This document shows, in pieces, positions 36,255-50,143 of a DNA stretch of 64,000 nucleotides. Position 1 is the first letter of the stretch, and every line of letters begins with the position of its first letter. Under the pieces are notes generated by a model. The model had not been told where the DNA came from and made no database searches. It saw only the letters and a program-made list of their open reading frames with translations. The stretch comes from Azolla caroliniana (lineage: Eukaryota; Plantae; Polypodiophyta): positions 17,794,001-17,858,000 of the forward strand of contig JBHGNT010000001.1 of assembly GCA_043228905.1 (NCBI GenBank). Direction: 5' to 3'. Both the position numbers and the translations under genes were made by a program.

Positions 36255-39200
36255 GAAAAAGAAAAAAGGACAGAAAAAAAACAGAAAAAGCAAGGCAAAG
36301 TTAAAAGCTCAAAACTTCTTCATCTCATATCCAAATTTCAAAAGAAAAGATTCGTAAGAAATCTGATGAAGAGATCTTTCTTGTATGACAAATTTGGGAT
36401 GACAAAGAAGAAATAATGATATAAAAAAATGCCACACATAAACTCGGGATATGTAAAAAGAAAAGAAAAAGAAAAAACAAGAATAACGCAACCAAAAACC
36501 TATAAATAGGAGGGTATTCTTAGCAAAAAAAGGGGGAGATGGAGGAAGAATAGAATATGAAGGAAAAGGAAGAAGGAGGAAGAATAAGAAGGCTAGAAGA
36601 AGTGAAAGGTGTCTTAGTAGAAGAAAGAGAGAAGAAGCAAAGAATATTATTGATTAGTGTCATTGAGATTAAGGTAGTTCTTTGGTGGGGTTGTTCTCTT
36701 TAGAGTCCAAGAAGATTGTATTGTTTTCCTAATAGTATATTGAAGTATTAATTTCTCTTCCTCTTCTCTTCTCTTTCATTTTTCTATCTCTCCTCATTAT
36801 TTTGGTGCTCTAGGGAGGGTCGATTCTTTCTGTACCCTACAGAGGGTAGATTCTTTCCATATAATTGGAATCCAATATGTCTTTTCAATTTGCTTTTGCA
36901 AGTGACAAGGTCCAAGATACCAGAGTTTTCTTGGCCGACTTCGAACATCATGCAGTATCAATAGGGAAGATGGCATATTTTGAGAAGATTCGTCTATTGG
37001 TGACCACTTTTTATGGACAAGCAAGGGATTGGTATGAGTCCTTGCTACCAACCCAACAAGTGAATTACCAACTATTGGTGAAACAATTTAGGCTAAGTAT
37101 ATTCAATGTCAAAATGAGATGGAAGTGCGAGAGGAACCCTTTCGTTTATGAATGTCATCAACAATGGAGTATACCAATTATGAGAGGGAATTTATTGACC
37201 TTTGGACTACATAGTTTTGACTACGTGGTGGAACGGAGGATGAATGGTTTAAGATGGACCGTTTCAAAGCGTGATTAAGTCCGCACTTTGCGTTGGAAGA
37301 AAATCTAAAGGATCCTACAACTTTCCAAGTGCTTGTCCAAACTTGTCAAGCCTACAATAGACAAATCCAAGTTCTACAAGCGAGAGCGGATTCAACCGTT
37401 GCAACATTTAAATCTCCTATTCTTCAACAATCATCAATTATGCATGGATTCCCGAATGTTTTTACGACATATCAACCTAATATTCCGGTGATGCAAGAAA
37501 CAACTCAAACTAAGGTGGAAAGAAGTTTCTTGGAGAAAGTTAATCAACGTCTCGATGAAATTACTCCACAAATCCAAAACATGCAAGAAAATTTAAATCA
37601 AATTCGAGATGCTCCAAGGTGAAGGAGAGTGATTGTGTGCTACACATGTGGTGTTGAGGGACATATATGTACATGATGTCCTTCATGAAGACAAGGTGCT
37701 TGGGTCGAGCCATGGATCAATTTCAGAGTATTCAAAACAACACTAGTAACAACTTTCACCAACTCAACTATGTGGGAGGGGAAAGTACTTTAGTGCAAAT
37801 TCCAATAATTCCTCCTAAGGTTAATCTGATTGACTTTGTGTATGATATAGTTGAAGATTGTGATGTTGGACATATTAAGACATCTAGTGCATCACATAAA
37901 AATAAGGAGTTGGAAGGAGAGTCTATTAACTCTCAACAAAAGAAGAAGGCTAAGGAGACAAATTTGGAGTATAGACCTAAAAAGAAACATTAAAATTGAC
38001 GATATGCCTATGGGGAAAGGTGTGGAACCATTCCATCTCAAGAAAGAGTTAATCTCTAATCACAACTTCTTCAACTTTCTCCAACACTAAACAAGGAATG
38101 GGGACGTGTATCGAGTATAAAACAAAGTATAAAGACATTACATTGTGCGAGGATTGTGCAAGTGAAAGATCTAAAGGATATTCAACCCAATATTTTGGTA
38201 ACTGTTAAAGGTCTTTTAATTAAGGATGCCTTAGTAGATAGTGGTATTAGAATTGATCCTACATCTAATGTCATAGTGTGTAAGATTGGAAATCCTATCT
38301 AATAAAGTCCTCTACCAGGTTAGACATAGTTGACAAATATTTGGCCTTTTGACTTGCAGTTATAGAGGATGTTGTTATTGAGTGTTTTGGCATGTTCATT
38401 ACCATGTATTTACATGTAATCCTCCTTAAAGGGCCATCTTGTTCCTTAGTGTTAGTAAGACCTTGGATGCAAGAATTACATGTAATACAGAGTTGGTGTA
38501 TGATGAAATTATCACCATCAAAGTGGTTTAACATCTTCTACGACTTGTATTTACAATGAGTAATCAAACGTATAAAGGAGAAAGAAACATCTATTGACAA
38601 TGGCAAGCAAGAAGAGGAAAGCATAACAAGTGATAGATCTTCGTGGAGTAGGGAAAAAAAATTGTTCCATGTGGTGTCTAAGGATGAGGGAGAAGTCATT
38701 GAAGATTGTATTATCACCAGAAAGGGAAAAAAGAAGGCAATTTCAAACAATGTTCACGGAGAAGAGGATCTAAGGTTTATTTATCTTCTTTCTAAGTTTC
38801 CAAAGTTATTCATAAATGACTATTCACAAATAAGAGGAGAAGGCATCAAGCACCACATCAAGTTGAAGGAAAGTGTACCAATTGCCCAAAAGCTTCAATG
38901 ATTGGGGATTGTGAAAAAGGAAGACCTTTCAAAGGAGTTCAAAGCATTGTTGCACGTGAGTTTCATTTATTATATGGAGGATTTTAAGTGTGTGTCACCT
39001 ATTGTTGTGATTCCAAAGAAGAGTGGCATCGACCTCAAACCCTTGATTGATTCAACCAAACGAGATCAATTTTTGCTTCCTTTCCGAGATTAGATTCTAG
39101 ATGAAATAGTTGTATATACAAGACAAGGTAATGTGGAAAATGTGGTGTGCCAAGAAGGAATTCATGTTGATAAAGCAAAGATCGAAGGAATTCAAAAGGT

Positions 39201-40246
39201 GACAACTCCAAAAAGTCTCAAAACTTTGAAGGTATTTGTGCAAAAAGTCCACTCGCTTGAAAGGTTTATTCATATGTTGACATGCTTACTTCTATCAAGT
39301 GTTATGTATCACATGGGCCTACTTGTGTTTGGAGTGTTGAAGAAGACATAATAATTGCGGTAACCTCTTTCTTTGTGTTGACAAGGAAAAAGATGGTAAT
39401 GGAGATTGTTAATGTGTGTGGGTGGATGTGTTTAGGAGTGTGAGATTTGTTTCCTGCCACTTAACGGAGGTTTTTTCTCACACAATAATTTGATATATTT
39501 TTAGTTTTTATTCTCCTTCTTTGTCTATAGCCTACCATAAGGCGAAGAAGTTTTTTCCTCTTCTTTCTATTTTAGGCTCACCATAAATGGTTCGCTCAAC
39601 AAGCACGGAGGGGGCTAAATGTGAAGTCAATTTTTGCTCCTAAGAAAAGACCGTGGCAAATACATTGGATGTTAAGATGTATAAGAGTAAAGCACAATAT
39701 GAAATGTTCAAGAGTTAAAAGGCGACGGAACTCGAAGGGATATAAGGTTAGAGGCGTTTTTCAAAAGTAGAGAAAGCAGAAAAAGAAAAAGAAAAAAAGT
39801 CGCAGAAAAAAATAGAGAAAGCAAAAGTTAAAAGTTCATAACTTCATCTAATATCCAAATTTCAAAATAAAAGATTCGTAAGAAAGTTGACAAAGAGATC
39901 TTTCTTGTAAGACAAATTTGGGATGACAAAGCAAAAATAGTGATATAAAAAAACGCCCCACATAAAATCGAGGATATGTAAAAAGAAAAGAAAAAGAAAA
40001 AACAAGAATAACGCAACCAAAAACCTATAAATAGGAGGGTATTCTTAGCAAAAAAAAGGTGGAGACGGAGGAAGAATAGAATATGAAGGAGAACGAAGAT
40101 GGAGGAAGAATAAGAAGGCTAGAAGAAGTGAAATGAGTCTTAGTAGAAGAAAGAGAGAAGAAGTAAAGAATATTATTGACTAGTGCCATTGAGATTAAGG
40201 TAGTTCTTTGGTGGGGTTGTTGTTTTTAGAGTCCAAGAAGATTGTA
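36255..40246 (+). mobile_element. Degenerate Gypsy LTR retrotransposon 'D'; both LTRs truncated
   Basis: Direct repeat 36255-36720 / about 39780-40246 with CCTATAAATAGG. PPT GGAGGGGG then TGTGAAG at 39620. Gag GQARDWYESL and CYTCGVEGH, protease DALVDSG, RT scraps HHIKLKESVP and VSPIVVIPKK. Confidence 0.8.
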
Positions 40247-43226
40247 TAGTAAACCCAAAACAACTGAAGATAAACCCAAAACACATGCAACTTCATTGGT
40301 AAATAAAGGATTCCATAACAACGGCTGATGCAAGAATTGATGATAAGTGTTTCGAGTCACAAAGACAAGTGCTTGAGGAATACTTTCCCATGCATGCAAA
40401 ATTCCATTAACGAAACGTAAACCTCCATCATTTGACTTATGTAACGGAAAATCTGAATTAAAGAACCATCTAAGACTATTACTCCATTTACCACTTATCG
40501 ATGGCTTAAACTTATAAAAATGACGAATCCATAACTTTTTCCATAACTCCTCTCCTGGTAATAAACTCCTAACAACATGTTTAGCAAGTAATGATTTAGT
40601 TTGCATAAAAGGATCAATCAAACCTAAACCTCCGTTTTGTTTAGGTTGTATATGCACCGATCAAGCTACCTTTACTACAGGATTGTCTGAACTAGCATTC
40701 CCGCAAATAAAATAATAAAATTCCGTACTAGACGTTCAACCTTAAGAGAAAACAACCATGTAGATGCTATATACTAACTCGAGGACAAAAACGTTGAATC
40801 AGCCGCAACTACACTTCCTACTAGGGATAACTTTTCCTTATTCCAGTATATTAACTTATTCCTTAATCTTAACAACAACAACAACAACGCAATCATATCT
40901 TCTACATTTAATTCCAAACCTACTCTACATCCTAGATACGTAATGGACTGACCTTTAGGTATCCACGTAAATCCGGGATTAGGTACATCAACTAGTGGAT
41001 CACCCGAACCCACCCAAAAACCAGTTGATTTATCCCAATTGACACATAATATTCATAATATTCAGAAGCTATTTGACGCATCTAACTAGGATCAATGGCA
41101 TACGAACCATCGGGACATTTTAAAGAAGAGATCCTATTAGTTAACTTATGGTGAGTATGCACTACAAAGAACATTTTATTGACTTTATCTCCCGACTTTG
41201 CCCATTTAGAAGATCTATTGTGGTAAGTAAAATCAATTGAAGCCTTTCCTAATTTCAATACCCGTGTCCCTGGTTTTATCACTCTAGAACTTATATAAGA
41301 TGAATATGGCCTTCTCTCTTGCCAATGTTGCAAGGACCTCAATACCCTACGAAGTCTCCCTATTTTACTAAAATGTGCATGAAATACTTGTTTAGCTTTA
41401 CAATGGAAAAATTGTTGTATTTCAATAATAGCCATCTAAACACTAGATAATGCATCATAAGAATAGTCATACTTATTCCAAATATTATAGAGCATAGGAA
41501 CACAATCTTGGCTAAGAACCACTTGATTCAAAATTCTAAATCTAGAAGATTTAAAAAACTCATGCAAGACTATAATTAAACGTAATGTTGCATGATCAGA
41601 AAAAGAAAAAGAAGGTAGGATTCCAATGAAACCTCATTTGTCCCATAAAAACTTATCAGCATAGAATCTATTTAACCTAGACAAATTTGTATGTGACTCA
41701 CTTCTACCTGACCTTGAATAAGCTAAAGAATCTCACATCTTCACAAAAGACAACACATGCTAGAAGTCCATTAATCCCAAAGAAAAACTCAAACGTTCCC
41801 ATTCATATAATTCTGAACCAGATAGTGTATGTGATGTGCCTCCTAACCTATCACACACATCCTCCAACATATTAAAATCACCCGCAATTGTCCAATGGTC
41901 CAGAGTAGTTAACTGTGAAAGTATACTCTTCCATAAGCCTATTCTATCTTTTACACAATTCGGTGCATAAATATTCAATAGATCCCGCTTCTTCAAACTT
42001 ATTTGAAAAATTACATATTGACCCCGACCACATGCCAAGACTCCATAATATAAGAAAGAGACCAACCAAGTATCATTTATTGCTATACAAAGTGCTGCTT
42101 TTAGATTATTATCACCAAGTGCAGGCACCCAAAACTGTCTCCACTAGCCTGGCAACAAATTTCCATATTTCTGAATCCTTTGCTCATTTAAGTGATGCTC
42201 TTTATAAGAAGAACATCAATCCTACCTACAAAACACTTCCTCAATTGACAGCGGAAAACACTCCTTTATAATAATTTCTACGTCCTAAACCGCTTACAGT
42301 CCATGAGATAATATTTAACCTATCCATCAATCATATTTTTTCCCCCTATTCTCCTTTCAGCAAATGCAACATCTCTACTCTTCCTTCCATCCTCTGAGGC
42401 CCGTAATTGTCTCTTATTAAACCAAAGGTACTTCCCTTCCACCTTATGTGAACACATTGGCATGTGCTTATCTACCGTTAAAACCTTATCAGAAGACCTA
42501 ATGGCTGAAGTGAAAGCAACTACATTCTCACATTCCATGTCAACCTGTACAAGGTCTACCTCAACTACTTCATTTTGTTGATCATCATTCAAATTTAGGG
42601 ACGTATCAATATGTTGTATTTTATCACAAAGAAGTTGTTTACCCTTATTAAGTTGATTATTATCCTTTGTAAGAGATTCCAAAGCTTTTACCTGTGATAT
42701 GATGTCCCTCGAAGCTCATTACACATGTTGTTCCTTTATGACATGGAATATGCGGATTAATCTCCGGCAACAACCGAAGCATAGATCACTTGATGACAAT
42801 CGAAAAAAAAACCACAGACTAAATGGGAATGGAGGTAAGTCGACAAAACAGAAAGAGAATACACACGATATTAACGTGGAAAACCCTGAGAGGGAAAAAC
42901 CACGGGAGTCCACATACTCCAAACTATCACTCTATAAAGTAATACAACATGGAGCATAGAGGCAACGACCTCTTGCTCACAATCTTCGCCCAGCGGCGGT
43001 TACAACAGAGACACAATCTCTGTGTGTCACTCTCTCACTCTCTCTTACACACTATACAGAGGTTACACCAATAACTCCATCATCATTACTATAAAGTTTG
43101 CCCTAGGTCATATTTATACTAATATGACTTTCGGGCTATTTACAAATATAGCCCCAATGGGCTGTCTGGAACATATTTACATATATGTCCCTTCCATCCG
43201 ATGAGAGGTTCTCACCAGGCCTGCAA

Positions 43227-43552
43227 CATCCGGTTCTCACCGGGTCTTCCTTGCCGGGTACTCGCCATCCGGTTCTCACTGGGTCTTCCGTTGCCGAGTA
43301 CTCCACATCTGATTCTCACCGGGTCTTCCGTTGCCGGGTACTCGTCATCCGGTTCTCACCGGGTCTTCCGTTGCCGGGTACTCCACATCCGGTTCTCACC
43401 GGGTCTTCCGTTGCCGGGTACTCGTCATCCGGTTCTCATCGGTTCTTCCGTTGCCCGGTACTCCACATCCGGTTCTCACCGGGTCTTCCGTTGCCTGGTA
43501 CTCGTCATCCGGTTCTCACCGGGTCTTCCGTTGTCGGGTACTCCACATCCGG
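43227..43552. repeat. 40-bp minisatellite in Copia E LTRs: 8 units in the 3' LTR, 5 units in the 5' LTR (48244-48450)
   Basis: CATCCGGTTCTCACCGGGTCTTCCGTTGCCGGGTACTC(CA/GT), with alternating CA/GT ends. Confidence 0.93.
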
Positions 43553-43639
43553 ATTCAGCCTCGGCCGAGTTGCTCATCGACACTGTTCTTCTCACTTCTC
43601 ATCCGGAGGAACCTGTTTCCTAACAAACTCCCCTTTCAC

Positions 43640-46600
43640 TCCGGCATGGGATGTCTTACTAGTCCGATCCGTTTCCGACATGCATCCAGCTTGTCGGGTA
43701 TCAGTACTTTGGTCAGCATATCTGAGCCATTCTCAGCCATGTGGATCTTCGTCAGCGCGAACTCTCGATCTTCTACTCGCTCCCGGATCCAGTGATACCT
43801 ACACTGGATGTGCCTCGTCTTGGATTGGTACGCTGCGTTCTTAGCAAGGTGGATGGCACTTTGACTGTCGCAATAGAGCCGGTATTCATCTTACTGGATA
43901 CCGAGCCCACCGATGAAGTCCTTCATCCATAATATTTCTTTGCCGGCTTCCACAACCACCGTGTACTCTGCCTCCATGGTTGACAACGCAACCGTCTTCT
44001 GCAACCTCGACTGCCACGAAACAGCTCCTCCTGCATATGTCATTACATACCCGGATGTAGACCGGTTGGTATCCACATCAGCCGACATGTCCGAATCGGT
44101 AAAACTGTCATGTTGAGGTTTACCGGAGTTGAATCAGAGACACATATTCGGAGTGCCCTTCAAGTATTGGAGTATCCATTTGACCGCGTTCTAGTGCTCC
44201 TTGCCAGGATTGCTCATAAACCGGCTCACCATTTCGACTGCGTATCCAATATCCGACCGAGTACACACCATTGCGTACATCAAGCTCCCGACGGTAGAGG
44301 CGTATGAAACCTTCACCATATCCGCCTTTTTTGCTTTCGTCTTCGGGCTTTGCTTATCGGATACTTTGCAGTTTGCCGGGAGTGTCGATTCGACCGGTTT
44401 TGCTTCTAACATGTTGAACCGCCGAAGCACCTTTGTCACGTATTTCTCCTATGACAACCACAATTGCTTCTTTGACCGGTCCCGGATGATGTGCATCCCC
44501 AGTATCTGTCTTGCCGGGCCCAAGTCTTGCATTGAGAAAGTTTGGTTGAGAGCCTTCTTCAGCATCCGTATTTTGGCTTGGTCCTGTCCAACGATCAACA
44601 TGTCGTCCATGTACAGAAGGAGTATCAGCAAGTCGCCTCCTTCGAACTCCTTCACAAACACGCAGTGATCGGTTTGCGTTTTGTGATACCCTTGGTCGGT
44701 CATGAAGGAGTCGAACTTCTGGTACCATTGTCAGGGAGCCTACTTCAGTCCGTACAGGCTCTTCTTCAACCGGCAAACCAGGTCCTCTTTCCCTTTCTCC
44801 ACGAATCCTTCTGGTTGCTGCATGTAGATCTCCTCTTCGATGTCACCGTGAAGGAATGCCGTCTTCACGTCCAGCTGCTCTACCTCGTGGTTCATGCTTG
44901 CCGCTATGCTCAACACCGTCTGGATGGAAGTCATCTTTAGTACCGGGGAAAATATCTCGTCGATGTCCACGTCCTTCTACTACTGGAACCCCTTCACCAC
45001 GATCTTGGCTTTGTATCTTGGGGGGTTGCGGGCATCTCTTGGTTTCAACTTGTACACCCACTTGTTTCGGAGTGCCCGCTTTTCTTTCTGGAACTCCACC
45101 AATTCATACGTGTGGTTCTCATGCAAGGAATCCATCTCGTTTTGCATGGCACTCAACCACTTGCGGCTATTGGTGTCATCCTTCGCTTCTTCGAAGCTTT
45201 CCGGCTCCCCCTCATTGGTCAGCAGCACATGCTCTGCATCTGGAAATCTCTGGGGGCCCTTCTCTCTCTGAGAGGATATCTCCGTCTTTGGCTTTCGGCA
45301 ACCAACTCCTCTATTTGTTCTTCATCCGAATCCGATTCGGGGTCTTGGCCGGTTCCGGTTTCACCTATTCCTTCTTCTTCGGCCCGTTTTGTCTCCTTAC
45401 CATCACCGGCCGGTTCATGGAGTGCTTACCGGTCTCTTGCTGGTTGGGTCTGCTCATCATAGAATCGATCCTTACCGGTCGACTCGGAGTTCATTATCTT
45501 CTTCTCCGACTCCCAGTCGGCGAGCATCTTGTCCTCGATGAAGATAATATCTCGACTCCGGAATACCTTCTTGTCGGCCAGGTCCCACACTCGGTAGCCG
45601 AACTCATCGTCGCCGTAACCGAGGAATATGCATGGCCGGGTCTTTGGATCCAACTTTCCTCTCCGGTTCTTAGCTACATGCACATACGTGAGACACCCAA
45701 ACACCTTCAGATGCCAGTAGGACACTTCCTTATCGGTCCATACTCTCTGCGGCGTGTCTCCATCCAAGGGTACTGAGGGTGATCTGTTTATCACGTATGT
45801 CGCCATCGACAGTGCCTCAGCCCAAAATGTCTTGGGTAATTTTGCATGCACCAACATACTCTGGACCCTCTCCATTATGGTCCGGTTCATCCTCTCGGCC
45901 AACCCGTTTAGTTCCGGCGTCTTCGGCACGGTAAATTTGAGCCGGATTCCCTTCGAGCGGCAGTACTACTCGAACTGCCCCAGGTATTCTCCTCTGTTAT
46001 TTGCTCGAACTGCCTTCAGCTTCCGGCTGGTTTCTCCTTCCACTCTCGTGTGGAGCTCTTTGAAGACAGATAGCACCTTATCCTTCATCTTGAACGGTGT
46101 GACCCACAGCTTCCAACTGTGGTCATCTATGAACGTTACGAAGTACTGTGATCCGGCATGTGACTTCGTGTCCACTTGACACACATCAGTATGCACCAAT
46201 TCCAGTGGTGCATTACGTCTCATCGGTGGCCTTGATCGGAAGGAGGTTCGGTTTTGCTTACCAGCTAGGCAGCCGGTGCACCTCTCAAGATGCACGTTCT
46301 TCACCGGAATGAGGTTGTCATCGGTAAGCCTCTTCATCCCCTTCATGCTCATGTGACACAATCTCTTGTGCCACAACTCACCGGCAGTGTCGGAAACCAT
46401 GTTCACTTCTTCCGGACATAACTAAGCATTCATCAGGTATAGTGTGTTGATCTTCCGGGCCCGAGCCACTATCAGGCTCCCTTTGCTGAATTTCATGACT
46501 CTGTTCCAGATGCTACCCATGTAGCCTTCATCATCTAGCCGACCGGCTGATATCAGGTTTAGTCGAACCTCCGGAACGTGTCAGACATCCTTCAGCATCA

Positions 46601-47693
46601 GCTTGCATCCGGTTACTGTTGTCAACCACACGTCTCCTATGCCGACAATTCGGCATGTACCTTCATTCCATATCCAGACACAACCGTGATCACTGGCTGT
46701 GTAGGATGAGAAGTATTTACAGTCCGGGGTAAGGTGGAACGATGCTCCGGAATCAACAACCCACGTTGTCTCGTCGTCGGCAAGGTTCAACTCACTCTCC
46801 TCGGTGATGAGCATCAACTCTTCTTCACTTGCCGCGATTGCCGTCGTTCCCTTCCGGTCCGTTCCCCTCCGGTCTTTACCGTTCCGATCCGGTGTCCGCT
46901 TCGAATCGGTACCATCGGTTTCCTTGTCTTTTCGGAAGTGCCGACAATTCTTCTGGAACTGTCCCGGCTTGCCGCAATAGATGCAGGGAGGCCTCCCCCT
47001 TGACTTTGATCGTGTCCCTGACTTCTCCCGGTTCTGGGGACTACGATTCCTTTGACTTCCACGTTCCGATTCGGTAATCAGAGCTTTGGAGTCTGAGTTC
47101 GTATCCTTGTCTTTCCGATGCGCCTCCTCATCTAGGAAGCTCGAGTTCACTCTTGCTAGGGATAACCGTTTTCCTTCCGGCCCGGCGTTGCCCAAAGTGA
47201 CAACCAACATCTCCCAGCTATCCGGGAGGGAACCGAGCAGGAGTAGTGCTAGTACCTCATCGGCAAGAGGTACTTCCAATGATGTTGCCTGGTGGATCAG
47301 CCCTAGGAAGGCATTCATGTGCTCCGCCATGCTGGAGCCATCTTGGTACCGGAGTCTTACTAGCTTCCGAAATACTGAAACCTGATTAACGACATTTTTG
47401 TTCTGAAACATAATGCTGATCTTCTCCCAGAGCTCATGAGCGTTGCTCTCTTCATTGAAGTTGTTGTATAGACTCATGTTGATAAAGCACCGTATGTACG
47501 CCGTTGTCTTCATGTGCATCACCTCCCATATCGTGGCATCGATTTTGTCCGGTCTCTTGTCCCCTAACTGAACCGGCAGCCAAAGATCTTTAACCACGAC
47601 CATGTCCCTCATCTTCGACTTCCACACTGAGTAATTCCACACTGAGTAATTGGAACCTGTCAGCTTGAACATGCCTCCCAACAAATCGTCCAT
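43640..47693 (-). pseudogene. Copia E gag-pol
   Basis: LLGSLPDSW, WVVDSGASFH, LWHKRLCH, LELVHTDV, PELNGLAERMNRT, DVKTAFLHG, LYMDDML, STSGYVM...AVSWQS. Several stops and frameshifts. Confidence 0.93.
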
Positions 47694-48009
47694 TTTTCTG
47701 TGTCGTTTCGCTCTGATACCAGTTTGACGTGGAATGCGCGGATTAATCTCCGGCAACAACCGAAGCATAGATCACTTGATGACAATCGAAAGAAAAAACC
47801 ATAGACTAAATGGGAATGGAGGTAAGTCGACAAAATAGAAAGAGAATACACAGGATATTAACGTGGAAAACCCTGAGAGGGAAAAACCACGGGAGTCCAC
47901 AAACTCCAAACTATCACTCTATAAAGTAATACAACATGGAGCATAGAGGCAACGACCTCTTGCTCACAATCTTCACCTAGCGGTGGTTACAACAAAGACA
48001 CAGTCTCTG

Positions 48010-48012
<3 letters not shown>

Positions 48013-48061
<49 letters not shown>
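48013..48061. repeat. (TC)n microsatellite in the Copia E 5' LTR
   Basis: About 24 uninterrupted TC units; short and interrupted in the other LTR (about 43025). Confidence 0.9.
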
Positions 48062-48066
<5 letters not shown>

Positions 48067-50143
48067 CATTGTACAGAGGTTACACCAATAACTCTATCAC
48101 CATTACTATTAAGTTTGCCCTAGGTCATATTTATACTAATATGACTTTCGGGCTATCTATAGATATAGCCCCAGTGGGCTCTCTGGATCATATTTACATA
48201 TATGTCCCTTCCATCCAATGAGAGGTTCTCACCGGGCCTGCAACATCCGGTTCTCACCGGGTCTTCCATTGCTGGGTACTCCACATCCGGTTCTTACTGG
48301 GTCTTCCGTTGCCGGGTACTCGTCATCCGGTTCTCACCGGGTCTTCCGTTGCCGGGTACTCCACATCCGGTTCTCACCGGGTTTTCCATTGCCGGGTACT
48401 CGTCATCCGGTTCTCATCGGGTCTTCCATTGCCGGGTACTCCACATCCGGATTCGGCCTTGGCCGAGTTGCTCATCAACACTATTCTTCTCACTTCCCAT
48501 CCGGAGGGACCTGCTTCCTAACACTTTATAACAACTGATGGGGATAGACTGTTATCCTCTTTACGAATAGTCACATCCTTTTTCATTTGCTTTTGAAGAA
48601 CCAAAGGTTTATTTATAAGCAAATTAGGTAGAGAAATAGTTGTTGGCAAACGAACACTTCTTGGTGCAATCAACCGAATAACTAGAACCCATCTAGTCTA
48701 TTTGTCCCAGAAACCTGTCCATCACGTGTAGTAATAACTTTACCTAGAAAAGCCCCAATTCGAGGAAGAATGTTCCTCCACTCCTTCCTCAAACCAGGCA
48801 ATATCGCCGTAAAAACCATACTAGCTTCATGATCCTGCAAAATCTCATCCATCTTAACATTATGTGACCATTTGTGAAAAGAAATCCAAGCACCTTCCAC
48901 GCCCACCTCCTTCTTCGCTAATAGCTTGCTAACAGACTCCTGATCTGCAAATTCCACATGATAACAACCTCTAGAAATAAATTGAATGTCGAGGATGTTA
49001 GCCGCTTCTTCCGAAAAATTAGCATATAAAATATGCCAGAGTTCCTATCTATTAGGTCATGAACCCTGGACCCGAACAACCAAGGAAAATGCCTCCAATC
49101 GATGGACCTCTCCTACCATGGCGATTTTATCCTTTGACAACAGAAGGTCGACTGTCTCATCACATAGATGAGGCGAAGTTTGGGGTCGTGCACCGGACTC
49201 CCATGCTCTGGTATATAGGTCAGTTGTGGATGATGTATTCGGATGGTTTGTAGGCGACCTCCTATTCGTGTTGCATTTCTCGATGGTTGTGTTGTTTGTG
49301 CCACCGACAATTTGTTCGCTAGTCGTCATTGTGTTCTCGTTGTTCTGCATTGCGCTCTCTCGTCAATTCACACTCTTGCTCTTAAATGTGATTGCATGTT
49401 TGTTCATTTCACTCCTGGATTGATAGATTATTTTCTTCCTTCATTCCCCCCTTTTTCCCATCATCCCCCTCCCTTCAAATGGTTTTTATGTGGATCCATC
49501 ATGCATAGGTTCAATCCTCGCAGTTCCCCCATTCAATTAGTGTTATGAGAAAAAGTGGGCAAGCTACTGACCATGCTCATTAGGGTGTTTGAGATACTTC
49601 TAGGGCTCTCAAGAAGTTTCTAGAACCTTCTTTTAATAATTATAAAAGTAGACATTTTCAATATAGGCCTATATTAAATTATAATTATGAAAATGGTATT
49701 GCTTACTTTTAGACCAATCATTATTGAATTTATAAATATGGCCCAAATGTTAGAGATGCCACACTTCCACCAATTTAATGTTTTGAATTGTTGGTTTCAC
49801 AATACCTATCCCTCAGAACTTGTACACTTGTTGTGCAACAAGTTCATTCATCTTAATCATCAAAGTTATTTTTAGCATATTCAGTTAGCTCAGGTTCAAC
49901 AACTTCCCTATTCTTGAAATTCTTTATCCTCTTGCCTATCATGGAAGGGTAGAATAGAGCAGAACCAAGACAAGAAATTAAATACTAAGAGAGGGAAGAT
50001 GCAAGAGGAAGATAACAAGAACTTAACTTATGCTTCTGTAACTAGTGTTGTTCACCTTGATTGGAATCAAGGTGCACCCAAGTATTTATACAAGAAGGTG
50101 GAGGTATGGATGCAAGCTAGGAATATTCTAGAGAATGAATTCT

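Larger units (their letters stand above)
42739..48523 (-). mobile_element. Ty1/Copia LTR retrotransposon 'E', full length, degenerate
   Basis: LTRs 47725-48523 (5') and 42739-43625 (3'). TSD CTTTA at 42734-42738 and 48524-48528. PBS rc of GCTCTGATACCA (tRNA-iMet) at 47710-47721, PPT at 43626-43636. Confidence 0.96.
40247..49370 (-). mobile_element. L1-type LINE (ORF1 and ORF2 remnants, RT core deleted), split by Copia E
   Basis: ORF1-like YHVEFAD...WISFHKWS (48682-49350). APE endonuclease LLNIYAPN...WTIAGDFNM (41760-42128). KWAKSGDKVNKMFF, ITYLGCRVG and GGLGLIDP further down. Confidence 0.85.

Noticed and set aside
43185-43844. 219-aa and overlapping repetitive ORFs (also 48202-48538, 22927-23250)
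   Set aside because: They are translations of stop-free minisatellites in LTRs or an intron.
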